Assembly (NCBI GenBank): GCA_977017645.1
Contig: OZ360237.1
Span: forward strand, 45,818,001-45,882,000
Reading direction: 5' to 3'
Length of the DNA stretch: 64,000 nt
DNA from: Torpedo marmorata
Lineage: Eukaryota
A model generated the notes under the pieces. The model had not been told where the DNA came from. It saw only the letters and a list, made by a program, of their open reading frames with translations, and searched no databases. This document shows, in pieces, positions 35,486-49,279 of this stretch; positions within the stretch are counted from its first letter, which is position 1; each line of letters begins with the position of its first letter. The position numbers and the translations under genes were made by a program.

Positions 35486-36647
35486 TAAAGCAGGAGCTTA
35501 ATGATTATTGTAATCAAGGAGATGTTATTTGCATGCACTTAGTTCTGGACATTCACATTGACCCATTGGCATGGAATGAACTTTAAATGCTTTTAAAGGA
35601 TTTTATTTACTGGCAAATGTGCCCAAACCAAATAACAAATTGTGGCTTACTATGTGAAGCAAGATTGACAAATGTTTCTCGGCTTCTATGCATTGTCAAA
35701 TTACACACATTGAAATTGGTTTGTAAATCGTGTATTAAAATGTCCTTTACCTGTTGTATAACACCATTAATTTGAAGTAATAAAAACATTAGGTAATTTT
35801 TTACATTGAAAACCTTTCTGAATTGTTTCATTCAGGGAATAATCTCAATCATGGCACATGTCTGCAATGCGTATTGTACTGTGAACTTTTTATTTCATAC
35901 TTGGCATTTTTTGAAAATTTTGCCAACTTGGAAGGCAAACTTCAATAGTTGTAACTCCAATGATCAATGTTTTTTGGAATTATGACAAATATCAAAAACA
36001 GTTGGATAATTTATAAAAGTTTACAAATATCAATTGTAACTAACATTTGCACATGTATATTCTAAATAAATCAAACACTCATTTATTAAATTTATGGTGT
36101 ACGTTATTGTTTGCTTGATTCTAATTCAACTCATTACAACATTACAATACATCGTATCCTTTCCCTCAAATCAAGTGTTCATATGTACACTTGTCACAAA
36201 AATCTGGTTAGAAAAGTACACTTTAAAAAAAATTCATGCAATTTGACAGTGACCTAACAAACTCTAGAAGACACAAAACAAATGTAATATAATTGAATTG
36301 ACTCGATTATATATGCTTTCTTGCAATGCTGCTTCTCTATTCAAATGAAAAGGCCACGTTCAGACAGATTTCCCGGTGTAACTGCTATTACTGCCATATG
36401 TATTTTGATCAAGTGTGGGGTGAACTTCCTGTGAATTGCCTTGCTTATTTTCCTTTGTGATTTTTAAGTCCCTTGACGACCCTCCTATGTAACATGAACT
36501 TCAGCAATGCCATAACCTGTTCTCTTTGCAAAATTAGCCTTAAATATACAAATACAGACTGAACACTGTGTTTATAGTTCAGACTTAAAAGGTTAAGCTC
36601 ATGAGTTCCAATTCATGAGTTAAATGTACAAAAAAATTTAAAAAAAA

Positions 36648-37125
36648 AAAAAATATTTTAGATTTTAAATTTTCACACAGTAATACGTAAATAATATACA
36701 TTATTAATTTCGGTAAAATCATAATTATATTTGTATTACATAGTGTATCTATCCCTCCCCTTAACCCCCCAAACCCTTAACTTCCAAACACCAAGTTAAA
36801 ATTATTACTTAATATTTAATATTTCTACCCCACCCTCCACCCTTTCCCTCCCTTTAAATCCCCTCCACTTACTAAAAACTAAAAAGAAAGAGAAAAGAAG
36901 GTAATGTAGTATTACTTATTAAAACATCTGTACGGATCGCCGGTGGGTCCACAGCTCGACGCAAGGTTTTCAACAGTTTTTATTTAAATTTGAAAGAGTC
37001 AACAGGGTCTAGGATGTAGAGCAACACATTTACATATTCATACCTAATGATTGGATATATGGATGCCAAATTTGCAAAAAGACCCCATATTTATTTCTCA
37101 TATTATATGTTATTTTTTCCAAAAT
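36648..37125 (-). mobile_element. L1-clade 3' end fragment
   Basis: Minus strand encodes EKITYNMRNKYGVFLQIWHPY-like ORF2 C-terminus, G-rich 3' UTR and aaaatattttt end, as in the other L1 copies. Confidence 0.75.
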
Positions 37126-38149
37126 GTACAAAATTTGATGGGTTTAAAATGTTGACAAATGATCCAAGAATGGTGTCAATAAAGACTTTTGAACAAATTT
37201 CCTGAGTACACACTTCTCAGATAAACCCTACTGCAAACTGATTTGACAAACCCCAGTGCATCAAAGGGCCCTTCTGGTTGTAAATCGCAAGTGTCCATAG
37301 CTTTGACCTGAGAAAACTGCATCCCCAAACTTGGTTGCTGTCAAACTGAGATATTTTGAATATCCAATATTCTTACAACATTCTTAACTGTTGAATTAAA
37401 CAGAGAACTATTATTTTATTTAATATTTATGAACAAAACAAAGATGGTTAATTACAATTAAATTAATTTTTAATTGTATTTATCTTCCTTGCATCTGCTC
37501 ATTTCCATTCAGGCAAATGGAGTAGCTACACTTGTTCTGCAGGCAGATTTCCCAGTGCCTGCTGAGGATATGTACAGAAGTTTAGGATTTCCTGCTGGAC
37601 TTCATTAGTAGTGCAAGGGTGGCACTTTGGTCCTTTGGCAGACACTGATATAAAGGTTTGAACCTGTGCCTTCCTGCAGGAGTCCTGATCTACACAGTTA
37701 CATAAATGGGACTGCAGCTAGTATGTGGAGGATTTGGGCTATGAATTGGAATGGACTGCCTCAAAGTGTTAATGCAAATTCATTTGTAAAGGTTGGATGA
37801 ATGTTGAAGGTTTATCAAAGGGAAAGTTGTGGAATGGACTGGTCTTTAAAGAACTAGCTGAGACCTGATGGGCCATATGGCCTCTATGCTGTAATATTGA
37901 GGTAGTATTTGGAGATATCAGAAGCAGTGAACATTGAAAAAGTTCACTTGCCAGCTGCTGAAGCTGTAGAATTGTTCATTGTCATGCCACATTGATTGTA
38001 CATGCCCTCAGATTTGTGCAAAATAAAAGCCATTTGTATAGTACACTTTGCTTAACTTTCATATGTCCTAGGGTGCTTTATAGCCAATAGTTTATTTTGA
38101 AATGTTATCACTGATGTTACATAGGAAATGCAGCAGCCAAAGTGCACAA

Positions 38150-38360
38150 GCAACACATAGTGCTGAGAAACTCAGCAGATCAGGCAGAATCCATGGAAAG
38201 CAATAGATGGGTGACGTTTTGGGCCGAGAAATTCATCAGGAATGCTGATAAAAAGGTTTCCAGCCCGAAACATTGACTGTCGATTGCTTTCGATGGATTC
38301 TGCCTGATCCTCCAGCACTTGTGTGTTCCTCCAGATTTCCAGCATCTGCAGACTTGTGCA
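38150..38360. mobile_element. fold-back pair of PLE terminal repeats with two back-to-back degenerate hammerhead cores
   Basis: gatcaggcagaatccatggaaagcaat..gacgttttgggccgagaaattcatcagg followed by ctgataaaaaggtttccagcccgaaacattgac..attgctttcgatggattctgcctgatc. Confidence 0.75.
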
Positions 38361-39529
38361 CTACCAAAGTACACAAAGCAGTATAATATCTCAGTAGAAA
38401 GGTGGCACCTCTGACAGTGTAGTACTAGCTTGGTGCTCCATTGGAACACTTTTTTATGATCACGTTACTGGCCTTAAATCCAGAACCACTGACTTGGATG
38501 AGACTGCTACGAATGGTCTCTGCCAGTTTGAAATAAAGCTCCACTGCCCCAGTACATTCCTAGCCTTGTAAGACATACTGATTTATTATGTTTACAATAC
38601 ACTTATATTTTCCTTTGAACACTTTACACTGACTCTTTTTTTTATAGTTTGTAGTCTTTGTGTTACATCTATTCACCTGAAAAGCATGGCAAATATTTTT
38701 CATAAAATTAAAATATAAATTTATGCAGCTACTTAGAATTTATTTACTCCTTTTACCACATCGGCTTAAAAGCTTTGCAAATTTCAACTTTTGCAAATAA
38801 TAACAGACCTGATGTATTAGCAACTGAAAACCCCCTTGAGTACTGTTTACCTGCTTAAAGGCTGATGTGATTACCACCTTTTATAATGTGAGATTGTAAT
38901 CAGTGGATATAAATAATCTTGTAAACAAACTTTCACTAATGGGCAGGACACATTTGAATGTGGTTATGGATATGATTGTTAATCAATGGAACTATATGGG
39001 GGAATGCAGTAATTGTTGAATCTTAGTATGGGAAAAGGTCTGTACCATCTGTTTAAAAGTTTCACATTCCTCTTGGTAAATGCAGTTAAAAATGCCAACA
39101 GATTTAATCAAATATATGCATTTTGCTGATGTGTTATTGAAAGAAATGTTAAAAATAAGACTAATCAAAGTTGAGCCCTAAACATTTAACGTATTTTAAT
39201 GATGAGTGTACAACAGTATTAACATTGATGTGATTTGTTCATCAGCATAGAAAACATTGAATTCAAGTAATATGCAGAAGGTTTGACTAACTTCTAAACT
39301 AGCCCATCAGCTATAAGCATACTTAACTCCTCCCAATCCAACCTACATGCCTGAAGATTGCATTTTTAATCCTTTTACAAGAGATGGGCATCATAAGAAA
39401 GGTCAGTTTAATACACAAGTGCTGGAGAACTTGGCAGGTCACGCAGAGTTCTTTATGAGAAAGATGCATCACCAAGCCTTTCATCAACATATGAGGAAAA
39501 AGCAGGCAGGTGCCTGAGTATGGAAATAG

Positions 39530-41180
39530 GAAAGGTCAATGTTTATTGCCTTTGCCAACTTGAAGTGAAGGTACTTGCGCAGTGCTCGAGTAACAAGTTG
39601 AAGGATTTAGACCTAGTGACAAATATATTTCTGAGGTGATTGTTTACAATTTGAAGGAAAGTTGGTTATCATCTCATCCTCTTGGTAGAAGTTGAAGGTG
39701 GGACAGGTACTATTGAAGCCTTGGCAAGATGCTGCAATGCAAGGGTGGCATGGTTGGTGTAGCAGTTAGCTCAACGCCTTTACAGCACCAGCGATCAGGA
39801 CCAGGGTTCAAATCCGCGCTGTGCAAGGAGTTTGTACGTTCTCCCCGTGTCTGCGTGGGTTTTCCCCGGGAGCTCCGGTTTCTTCCCACCGTTCGAAACG
39901 TACCGGGGGTTGTGGGTTAATTGGGCGGCACGGACTCATGGGCCGAAATGGCCTGTTACCGTGCTGTATGTCTAAATTTAAAATTTAAATTTAATGCATT
40001 TTGTGGATGGTACACAGTGCAACTGGGCTTAAGCAGTTCTGTGGTAGTGAATAGGATGAATGTTTAGGAATGTGGATGGAGTCCCCATCCAGCTGGTTGC
40101 TTTGTCTTGATTTCTTGAGTTATTGTCTACATTGAACCAAGGCTATAATAAAGACTGGAGTGAACCCAAAATGGATATTTGTGAGTAATTGCTGCTTGTT
40201 GTCAACATCTCATTCCATAACTTTGATCAATGACAGTAATTAGTCAGATTGTGTGTTATTCTACTAAACAGGACATAACTTGGCAGTGTAAAAAAATTGC
40301 CTCGGTATGTGACTTGCAATTGTACTGAGGTAACTTGGCAGGGTGTGTCTGGTTAAGATCATTGGAGAGCTCAACCAGAGCTTTTGCTTTATCCAGTGAT
40401 TTGCTTTTTAGTGGTTTCATACGGAGTGAATGGAATTAGCTGAAGACAGATTTCTGTGATGGTGGTGGGGCCAATGGAGGGAGTAGTGATGGATCATCTA
40501 CCTACCACTTTTGGCTGAAGATGTGGAGCCTCATCTATGGCATCCCAAGGATGCACCACCAATTAGAATGGGAATGTTCTGGGACCTTTTTCCTTTGGCT
40601 ATTTAATTGCCAATCATCTTTTCCTGATTGGATGTGATAGGGTAGACCTTGGATCCATGGTCTATTGCAGCAGCTCTTGCTGTACGGTATGTGTTGTGGC
40701 CTCACCAAGTTGGCCCATCATTTTCCAATGCATGTGACACTGCTTCTGGCATACTTTTCTCTATTTCACCATACTGAGGTTGGTTATGATGAGGTCATGA
40801 AGTTGCAGGTTGGGCAGATAGCCACAGTGATGCATGTCCTCGAGTTATTAGGTCTGTTTTGAATATCCATTTTAGCTTAATGGTAATGACACAACCACTG
40901 GTGTGTTTATGAAGATAAGATTTTGTCTTGACTGTGATGCTCAGTCTTACCAATACTGTCAAGGATGGATGCAACTGTGACAATTGGATTGATTAGAACA
41001 TGATCTAGTGGATTAATCTCTTGCTGCTGATTTCGCTGTTTGAATGGCAGTCATATCCTTTAGTCAGTGGTACTGCCACTAGGCTAATCTTGGTGATGGA
41101 CGTTGAAATGCCCAACCAACGTACATCCTGTGTCCTCGCTAGTCTTAGCGGTTTCAAAGTGCAGTACAACAAACTAGATG
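39530..41180 (-). mobile_element. ancient decayed LINE remnant (CR1/L2 group), interrupted by a SINE
   Basis: Patchy similarity to 49280-50860 and, in reverse, to 51540-52290. No readable ORF. Confidence 0.4.
39743..39992 (+). mobile_element. V-SINE (HE1-like)
   Basis: A box tggtgtagcagttag, B box ggttcaaatcc, V-domain and CR1-like tail. Possible TSD aatgca at 39736 and 39993. Confidence 0.88.
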
Positions 41181-42368
41181 CAGTATGGATTCCATCCATC
41201 CTGTAGCACAATGGATATGATCCTCACTGCCAAGAGAAATGCAGGACTGCTATGAACTCTAATCCATGACTTTTGAAACTTATTAAAAAAAAAAAAAAAA
41301 ATCTTTGACTCCATCAATCAAGAGAGACTGGCTATTTCTTCTCAAACCTGGTTGACCTTGTACATTTTTTTCACATTTTCACAATGGCATGCAAGCTATG
41401 ATATTTACAACATATGCAGCTCTGCTGCAGACTGATCCCAATGGTGTTTTAATTTTTTCTCAGCGTACTGACTGCTGCAATTCCCCCCCGCTCCCCCAAT
41501 AATGAGCTCCTTCATGGAGTGAAGCAAGTCTTCAGAACTATTCAAGCTATGTCGTCTCTACTCTAAAACCAAGATCACCTCTGCACAGTACAGATGACTC
41601 ACGTGTACGTGCATTTGCACAGACTATGCTCCAAGTCATCATTCATTCACTGAAGCATGTGATGGAATGGAATGCCATCACCATCTATGGTCATAGGAAA
41701 AGAATGTTTGAAGATCAAGACCTGAAACCTGGCACAAAGGTCATGAACTAATGGGCAACATTTAGGATGGCAGTGCTAATGTTATATCTGTTTGCTAGAA
41801 GCACATCCACACTCAGTAAACCCAGCTGAGCTCAGGCACACTACCTGCCCAGCCAGACAACCTGCTCTATCTGCAGCAGAAAAAGTAGCCACATCTGTTA
41901 CCTTGGAATCCACACGACTGAAGTAGAAGCAGGTCATCTTTGCCCAAGGGACGAGAGGTGTCTGCCTAGAATTGCATACAGACTGGTAAAGGTAGTACTG
42001 GTATTTCTCCTAAAGAATGTTGTGAAGTAAACACCTAAATATAGTTAATTTGTTTTCTGGTTGCTATTACTGATGTTTTCTTATTTTTAACTGATTATTT
42101 AATTAACCAAATTTAAATCCCAACCGCCATGTATTTGTGTCCTTGGATGGTTAGTCTCAGCTTCGAGATTTACAGATCTGGTTACTTGACATCTTTACTG
42201 CCATTCCTGTTAGTTTTGCCAAAGGCTGCTATGAGTTCCAGTTGCCTCACTGAAGAGCAGTTAGAAAATGGAAATTATTGGAAATGTTTACCTAATATTT
42301 CATTTTTGGCTCTTGTTCTTGAAAACAAAAAAACTGGGAGATGTCTATATTAGGAATTTTACGTTTTA

Positions 42369-43122
42369 GAACCATAGAACATGACAGCACAGAAACAGGC
42401 CCCTTCGGCCCTTCTAGAATGTGCCGAACCATTTTTCTGCTTAGTCCCACTGACCTGCACGCAGTCCAGATCCCTCCATACCTTTCCCATCCGTGTACCT
42501 GTCCAAATTCTTCTTAAATGTTCAAATTGAGTCCGCATTCACCACTTGAGCTGGCAGCTCGTTCCACACTCCCACCACTCTCTGTGAAGAAGTTCCCTCT
42601 CATGTTCCCCCTAAACTTTCACCCTTAACCCATGTCCTCTGGTTTGTATCTCACCTACCCTCAGTGGAAAAAGCCTACCTCCATTTTCCCTGTCTATCCC
42701 CCTCATAATTTTAAATACCTCCATCAAATCTCCCCTCATTCTTCTACGCTCCAGGGAATAAAGTCCTAACCTGTTTAACCTTTCCCTGTAACTCAGTTCC
42801 TGAAGTCCGGGCAACATCCTAGTAAATCTTCTCTGCACTCTTTCTATCTTATTGATATCTTTTCTGTAGTTAGGTGACCAAAACTGCATACAGTACTCCA
42901 AATTTGGCATCACCAATGTCTTATACAACTTTACCATAACATCCCAACTCCTACACTCAATACTTTGATTTATGAAGGCCAAGATGCCAAAAGCTCTCTT
43001 TATAACCCTACCCACCTGTGAAGCCACTTTCAGGGAATTATGTATCTGTATTCCCAGATCTCTCTGTTCTACCGCACTCCTCAGTGCCCTACCATTTACC
43101 ATGTATGTCCTTTCTTGGTTTT
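42369..43122 (-). mobile_element. CR1 LINE 3' portion (relatively young)
   Basis: 163-aa [48 protein letters not shown]; tail (tctatggt)-like. Confidence 0.93.
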
Positions 43123-43140
43123 ATATAGAAAAACATCCTT

Positions 43141-46100
43141 TTTTGAAAAAAAATATTTTTTTCATTTTCATGAAAAGTCCACAATATAAACAAAAAATAT
43201 ACAGTTTTCAATTATACACAACATTATTATTAAACTCTCCCTCCCTCCCCCAACTAAAAAGAAGAAACATAAAAAGAAAAAAGAAAACATACAGAAGAAA
43301 AGGAAAAAGAAAATTTAAAAAACTAAACGTACCATCAATGCTATACATTGATTTTTCAACCTTGGAGGTGTCACACCATTAAATATTTATACATTACATT
43401 GTACTGTACTTTAGGGTTTAAATTACAACTGGACACCAATGTACTCTAGGTATGGTTGCCACACCTTGACAAATGTATCATATTTATTCCTAAGATTATA
43501 TGTGATTTTCTCCATAGGAATACAGCTGCGCATTTCTGCTGACCATCGAGTGATAAGAAGGGGGGAGTCGGACTTCCAAGTGACTGCTATGCATTTTTTT
43601 GCTACGGACAAAGCAACTAGCACAAATTGAATTTGGAATTTAGATAATTTTAGCTTATGTCCATTAGATTTTCTAAGAGATAAAACTCCGGGTCCAGTGG
43701 AAAGGCTACTCCCGTAATTCTGGTTAGTGTATTAGATATATCATACTAAAAGGGTCGTACCTTTGCACAGGACCAAGTGGAGTGCAGGAAAGTAAATAAA
43801 AAAGGCCATTCCAGCCTATCAAAGGCTTTTTCCACGTCTAAAGACACGGCTATGCTCGGGTCTATTTTGGATTGTGCCAAATGTATTATACTAAATAATC
43901 TACCCAAGTTGTTTGCAGAGTGTCTCCTCTTCACAAAGCCGACTTGATCCGGATTTATCAATTTTGGTAAATAACAATGAAATAGGCCTATATGAAGACA
44001 ACTTTAGTGGATCTCTCTTGTTCTTAGATATAACAGTATTAATAGCTGCTGAAAAGGATTCCGGGAGAGTCTGTGTCTCCGCTGCCCGGTTAACCACATC
44101 CATAATAAGGGGCATCAGAAGTTCTTTAAATTCTCTGTAGAACTCGGGCGGGAAACCATCCTACCCCGGTGATTTATTAGCTTGTAATGTACTCAAGGCT
44201 TCTTTGATCTCTCGAGAAAGGGGAGTTTAATTTCGTCTTGGTCCAGTCTGGGCAGGTCAATCTTGGACAAAAAATCGTCTATCTAGTCTTTGGGTGACTC
44301 ATTTATATAGTTCTGTATAGAACTGCTTGAAAATATCATTTATCTCTTTCAGGTTATGTGATATCTTGTCTGGTCCTAACTGAATTGCGTTAATTGTCCT
44401 TGATGTCTCTTCTGCCTTCAATTGCCAAGACAAGACCTTATGGGCTCTTTTGCCAAGTTCATAATATTTGGATTAGATCTCAAAATAGCTTTCTCCACTT
44501 GATACGTTTGTAAAGTGTTGTACTTAAGTTTCTTGTTTACCAGAATTTGGTATTTTTCCTTTGAGCCAGATTGTTGATAGTCCTTTTCCAACTCTAGAAT
44601 TTCTCATTCTAAATCATTTACTTCCGCCAAATACTTTTTCTTAACATTTTTAGTGTACAAAATTATGTACCCCCTCAAATAAGCCTTCAAAGTATTCCAT
44701 ATTAAAAAGCTATTATTAGTAGAGGGGCAATTTGTTTCAGAAAACAAATTTATCTGACCCCTTATAAAATTACAAAAATCTGTCCTTTTCAACAGCGTAG
44801 AATTAAGGCACCATCTATATACGCTAGTCTGTTTTTCTGGCATAACTAGATAAAATCAAAGGTGCATGATAATAGTCTAGCTAGATATTCTGATTCGATC
44901 ACTTTGCCTTCCAACTGTGCCGACATTAAAAAGTAGTCAATTCTAGTATAGGAATCATGGGGCTTAGAATAAAAAGAGTAATCTCTGGCTTGTGGGTGTA
45001 ACCGTCTCCATGCGTCTATTAAATTTAAATCTTTCATAAAGGCCAGAGTGGTTTTAGCCACCCTGGCCTTCGTTACTGTCTTTGCAGACTTATCCAGAAT
45101 GGGATCCAGGCAAAAGTTAAAATCCCCTCCCATTAACACATTATGTCTACCCCCCTGTCACCTTCAGAAATATATCTTGCATAAAAGTCTCATCATCAAA
45201 TTTTGATGCGTAGGTTCAGAAGTGTCCAGGGTTCCGAATAAATTTGGCAATGTATCATCACAAATCTCCCAGCTGAGTTAATAACCGTATCCTCCACTGC
45301 CACCGGAACATTTTTATTTATTAAAATAGCCACCCCCCTAGCCTTGGAATTGAAAGAAGACGCGATCATCTGTCCCACCCATTCCCTCTTCACTTTGTTC
45401 TTTATTCGTAAGATGAGTTTCCTGTAATTAAAAAAAAAAAGCTATATCAGCCTGTATTTTTTTTTTAAGGTGTGCCAAAACTCTTTTCTTTTTTATGGGT
45501 CCATTTAATCCATTAACATTAAAACTAATACATTTTAGTCTTCATTATAATATTCACACAATATTATATTGTTTTCATAACCCCTTCGTACATTTCCTCC
45601 CTGGTGTCCGTTCTCCATTATAAAATAACTCGTATGTTTCCCCTGCACTGACGGTGACGTAAACAGAAAACCCCAAAAGCCCGCAAAAAAAGATTGCGAA
45701 GCAAAAAGAAACTCCCTCCCCTTTACTCCAGCAAAACGACTCCTCCCCTGGCCCATCAACCCCCTTAAACCGGGGTACACTTCGTGCCCATCCTACCATA
45801 ACTCCCTAGCCACTCCCGGGCTCCCCTTATATCTTTATAATGTTCTCTTAAAATGAAAACGAGCAAAAATGAACCCAACATTCCCGCAACATAATATATT
45901 ATAACTCAACTCAACATTCCTTTTACAAAACTTGAACATCACTGTCCCCTTTACCCAATGTCTCATTGTGCTTCCTTGGATATTTTCAATCTTTGCTGCT
46001 TCTCATCCCGATCCGATCTTAAGATCTCCCCTGGAGATCCAGGACAAAGTCTTCCGCCTCCCGGGGTGTATTGAATTTCCTCACGCCCTCCGGCGATTCC

Positions 46101-47023
46101 AGCCTCAGCGTCGCGGGGTAGAGCATTGGGTATGAGATATTCCTTGTTCTCAGTTGCCTCTTCACCGCATCGTATTCCTTCCGACGCTTCAAGGCCACAC
46201 TCAGGTCCTGAAAAAAAAAAAAAGAATCTTGCCTCCCTCGATCTCAACGGGTCCGCCCGTTTCTTTGGCGCGCACTGCAGCCGCACACAGGATCTCCTCC
46301 CGGTCCCGGTACCTCAACAAGCGTACCAGAGCAGGTCGCGGTCGCTGATCCGGGCGCCAAGGGTCCGGTGGGCTCTCTCCACCATCAAAGGTTTTTTAAA
46401 TCTCTCTTGTCCCAGAACCTCTGGGATCCATCTTTCGAAGAATCCCACCGGGTCTTTTCCCTCAACCCCTTCTTTCAATCCAATTATTGTTCCTTCTGCT
46501 GAAGTTCTCCATATGATCCAGTTTTTCGAGGATCTCCCTTTTCTCTCTTTGCCAGGCATCACTGTTATTCTCCAGGCTTCCCAACCTGTCTTGCATCGTC
46601 TCCGTTGCCTGTTCAACCTTCTCCACACGGGAGGTCAGAACCACCATCGAGCCTTTAAGCTCTGACTCCATCCAGCACCTCCTTAAGCCAAGCTTCCACA
46701 CTTTCAAATCTGCTGGTCAGGTCTCCAACAACCTCCGCTGTATCTGGGGGTGTGTGTGTCGACTCCCCACTTGCCTTCTTCTTTGCCAGCGCCATTGCCG
46801 AGGCTTCCATTTCGCTGCTCCCGTGTGGAATTTCAGTTGACGAATCCGTTGATTTTGGAGATCCTCCTGCAGCCAAAAGTTGGGATTTGTTTTTCTTTCC
46901 CATTATATTTTTGTTTTTGGCTTTAAATCCACAATCTGGGTATTTTAACTCGTTTTAAATCAACTTTAAACGGAGAGCTGAAAAATCCATGTCCTAGCTG
47001 CTCCGCATCACGTGACCCCCACC
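43141..47023 (-). mobile_element. L1-clade LINE with both termini, ORF1 and ORF2 remnants, large internal RT deletion
   Basis: Perfect 16-bp TSD atagaaaaacatcctt at 43125-43140 and 47024-47039. ORF1 ENFSRRNN / VERAHRTL; EN SKARGVAIL, GGDFN, YTRIDYF; RT LDVEKAFDRLEW. Confidence 0.95.
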
Positions 47024-48329
47024 ATAGAAAAACATCCTTAATGGAGTTGATAACTGACTTACTATAATGCCAGCTCCCAGGTGATAAATAAATGCTATAA
47101 TTCATTATCAATATAATCTATGTAAATTTAAATTATTAATGTTCAGCTAATCACCTGATATGAATAGATGTTAAAATCTTAATATCACTTTTTTATATGT
47201 TCCTATATGTGCAAATCAAATTCTTTACAGAAACAAAAATGTATTCATCTGTGTTATTTTAAATGGCTAGCAATTATAGAGTCATAATGTGTACAAACAG
47301 GTCCTTCAGCCCAACTTGCCCATGCTGATCAAAATGTCCCACCCACATGTGACCCACCTGGTGGTCGTACAGCATGAAAGCAAGCCCCTCGGCCCGGGTG
47401 TCAGAAAATAAATGCTATAAATATAATATCAATGAACATGATCAATGTGGCCAAGCACTGCCAGCATCAATTTAAAAGGTGTGAAAGCTGTCTGGGTAGG
47501 ACAAAGTTGTGAAAATATTAAGCCCATCTATACGTTTTTTCAACCAAAGTATATAAGATTGCGTTAATGGCAAAACATATAAAAATTGAGTTCAAGCCCT
47601 GCTTCAACATTTGGACAAAGAATCAAGGTTGACGTCAAAGTGTGGTTGTGGGAATCCTGAAGTCTTGTCAGCATTGAATGGAAGCATCTTCTACCTGTTT
47701 TTCTAGTATAATACATTTAACAGAAGAATGCTTATTTTCCCGGTCACTATATATCCTTCAATGAACACCACCAAAAACAGATAGAACAGATTTATTTATG
47801 GGACTTCGCACATTCTGTGCTTCAACGGCGCTTTCTTGACCACTAAGTGCTTAAATTACACTTTTTAGGATGTTAAAGTGCCTTTATTTAAGCCAGCATT
47901 CAAAATATTAAGCTTTCTATATTGATTTACCTGCATTTAGATAAAAATGCAGATTTTGTCATTCAGTTCCACAAATTTCAGCATCTCCAGATCCTTGCTG
48001 CGTTGTCCAGTTTGTTTTTTGTAGCGTAGTTATGCCGTTGGAAGCTTTGCAATCGAGTAGTACTGAGCCCAATATCATTCTCATCCTCCATCACATGCCA
48101 TCCCTAAGCTACTTTTAAGGATGACTATCAAGGAACTGATAAACGAGCGAGTTTTCCTGTCCAAATCTGCAGTATTGTGAGTAATAACATCCCAACAGAG
48201 CTTACTCGCTTAGCATAAAGATGAAATGGCACCTGATAGTATTGCCTTTGCCCACTTGGGCATTGAGACTTTGTGAAAAGATTTTGCTGTAAATTTCCTT
48301 TCATACTTCTGGAGTGCTGAGCAATTTTT

Positions 48330-48572
48330 TTAAAAATTTAGGCATACAGCACGGTAATGGGCCATTTCGGCCCACAAGTCCGTGCTGCCCAATTAACCTA
48401 CACCCCCGGTGCGTTTCGAAGGGTGGGAGGAAACCAGAGATCCCGGAGACAACCCACGCAGACACGGGGAGAACGTACAAACTCCTTACAGACAGCGCAG
48501 GATTCCAACCCAGGTCCCGATCGCTGGCGCTGTAAAGGCGTTGCGCTAACTGCTACACCAACCGTGCCGCCC
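48330..48572 (-). mobile_element. V-SINE (HE1-like)
   Basis: Reverse complement of the 39743 and 53998 copies. Confidence 0.88.
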
Positions 48573-49279
48573 TTAACTAGCAGTTTTCAGGCTGATCCTC
48601 GTTTTTTTAAAATTTGTGATTATCTCTGTTATTTCTACACTCCTCCCACTGTAGACAAAGGAAAGAATATGATTGATTTTGCATGCCATTTGTAATGTAA
48701 ATTTAACTTGTGTCCTTTCTTCCATTTTACTTTTGCCTGGCTACTTTATTTTGCATATCTCTTCCATATTTGTCTTTTCTTTGAAACGCCTAAAAAAAAA
48801 TTTAACATCACTGCCCCCTCATCTCCAGCAATTCAATTTTTGCATCCACAATTATACACCAATATTTAATGAAGTGTTAACATTCGTACATCTAATCTTT
48901 CAAAAAGTTAGAATTTTCAAATCCTATACATAGTTCCATGTCTCAGAATGACCAAAGGGTCCTGTCATATTGACTGCTACAAACTATTGATACCTATTCC
49001 TTGTACACATCAAAGCATCATTGACAATAATTGTCCATTCAGGTGAGGGGGCTGTCTTATCCAAAGAAAAGCTTTTTTTCCCCCATAATGCATATCAAAT
49101 TCAAGTTGTATGTATCAAACATTTAGTTTTTAATATTGAAACCAGATCACAAATTAGTTTCTTTGATGTTTGGGTCTTGTTTATAATTCCTTCAAGAATG
49201 TCTGAAGAGCTATACAACTTTCACATACTTTGATGGGGCTGGAATTGCCGATAAGGTACTTCGCACATTCTTTTGGATT

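Noticed and set aside
41380-41970. RTE-type LINE remnant
   Set aside because: Only a vague resemblance, with no readable diagnostic motif.
43780-43810. L1 internal deletion as a splicing event
   Set aside because: The junction does not visibly retain the expected exon-end bases, and it cannot be judged without this family's consensus.
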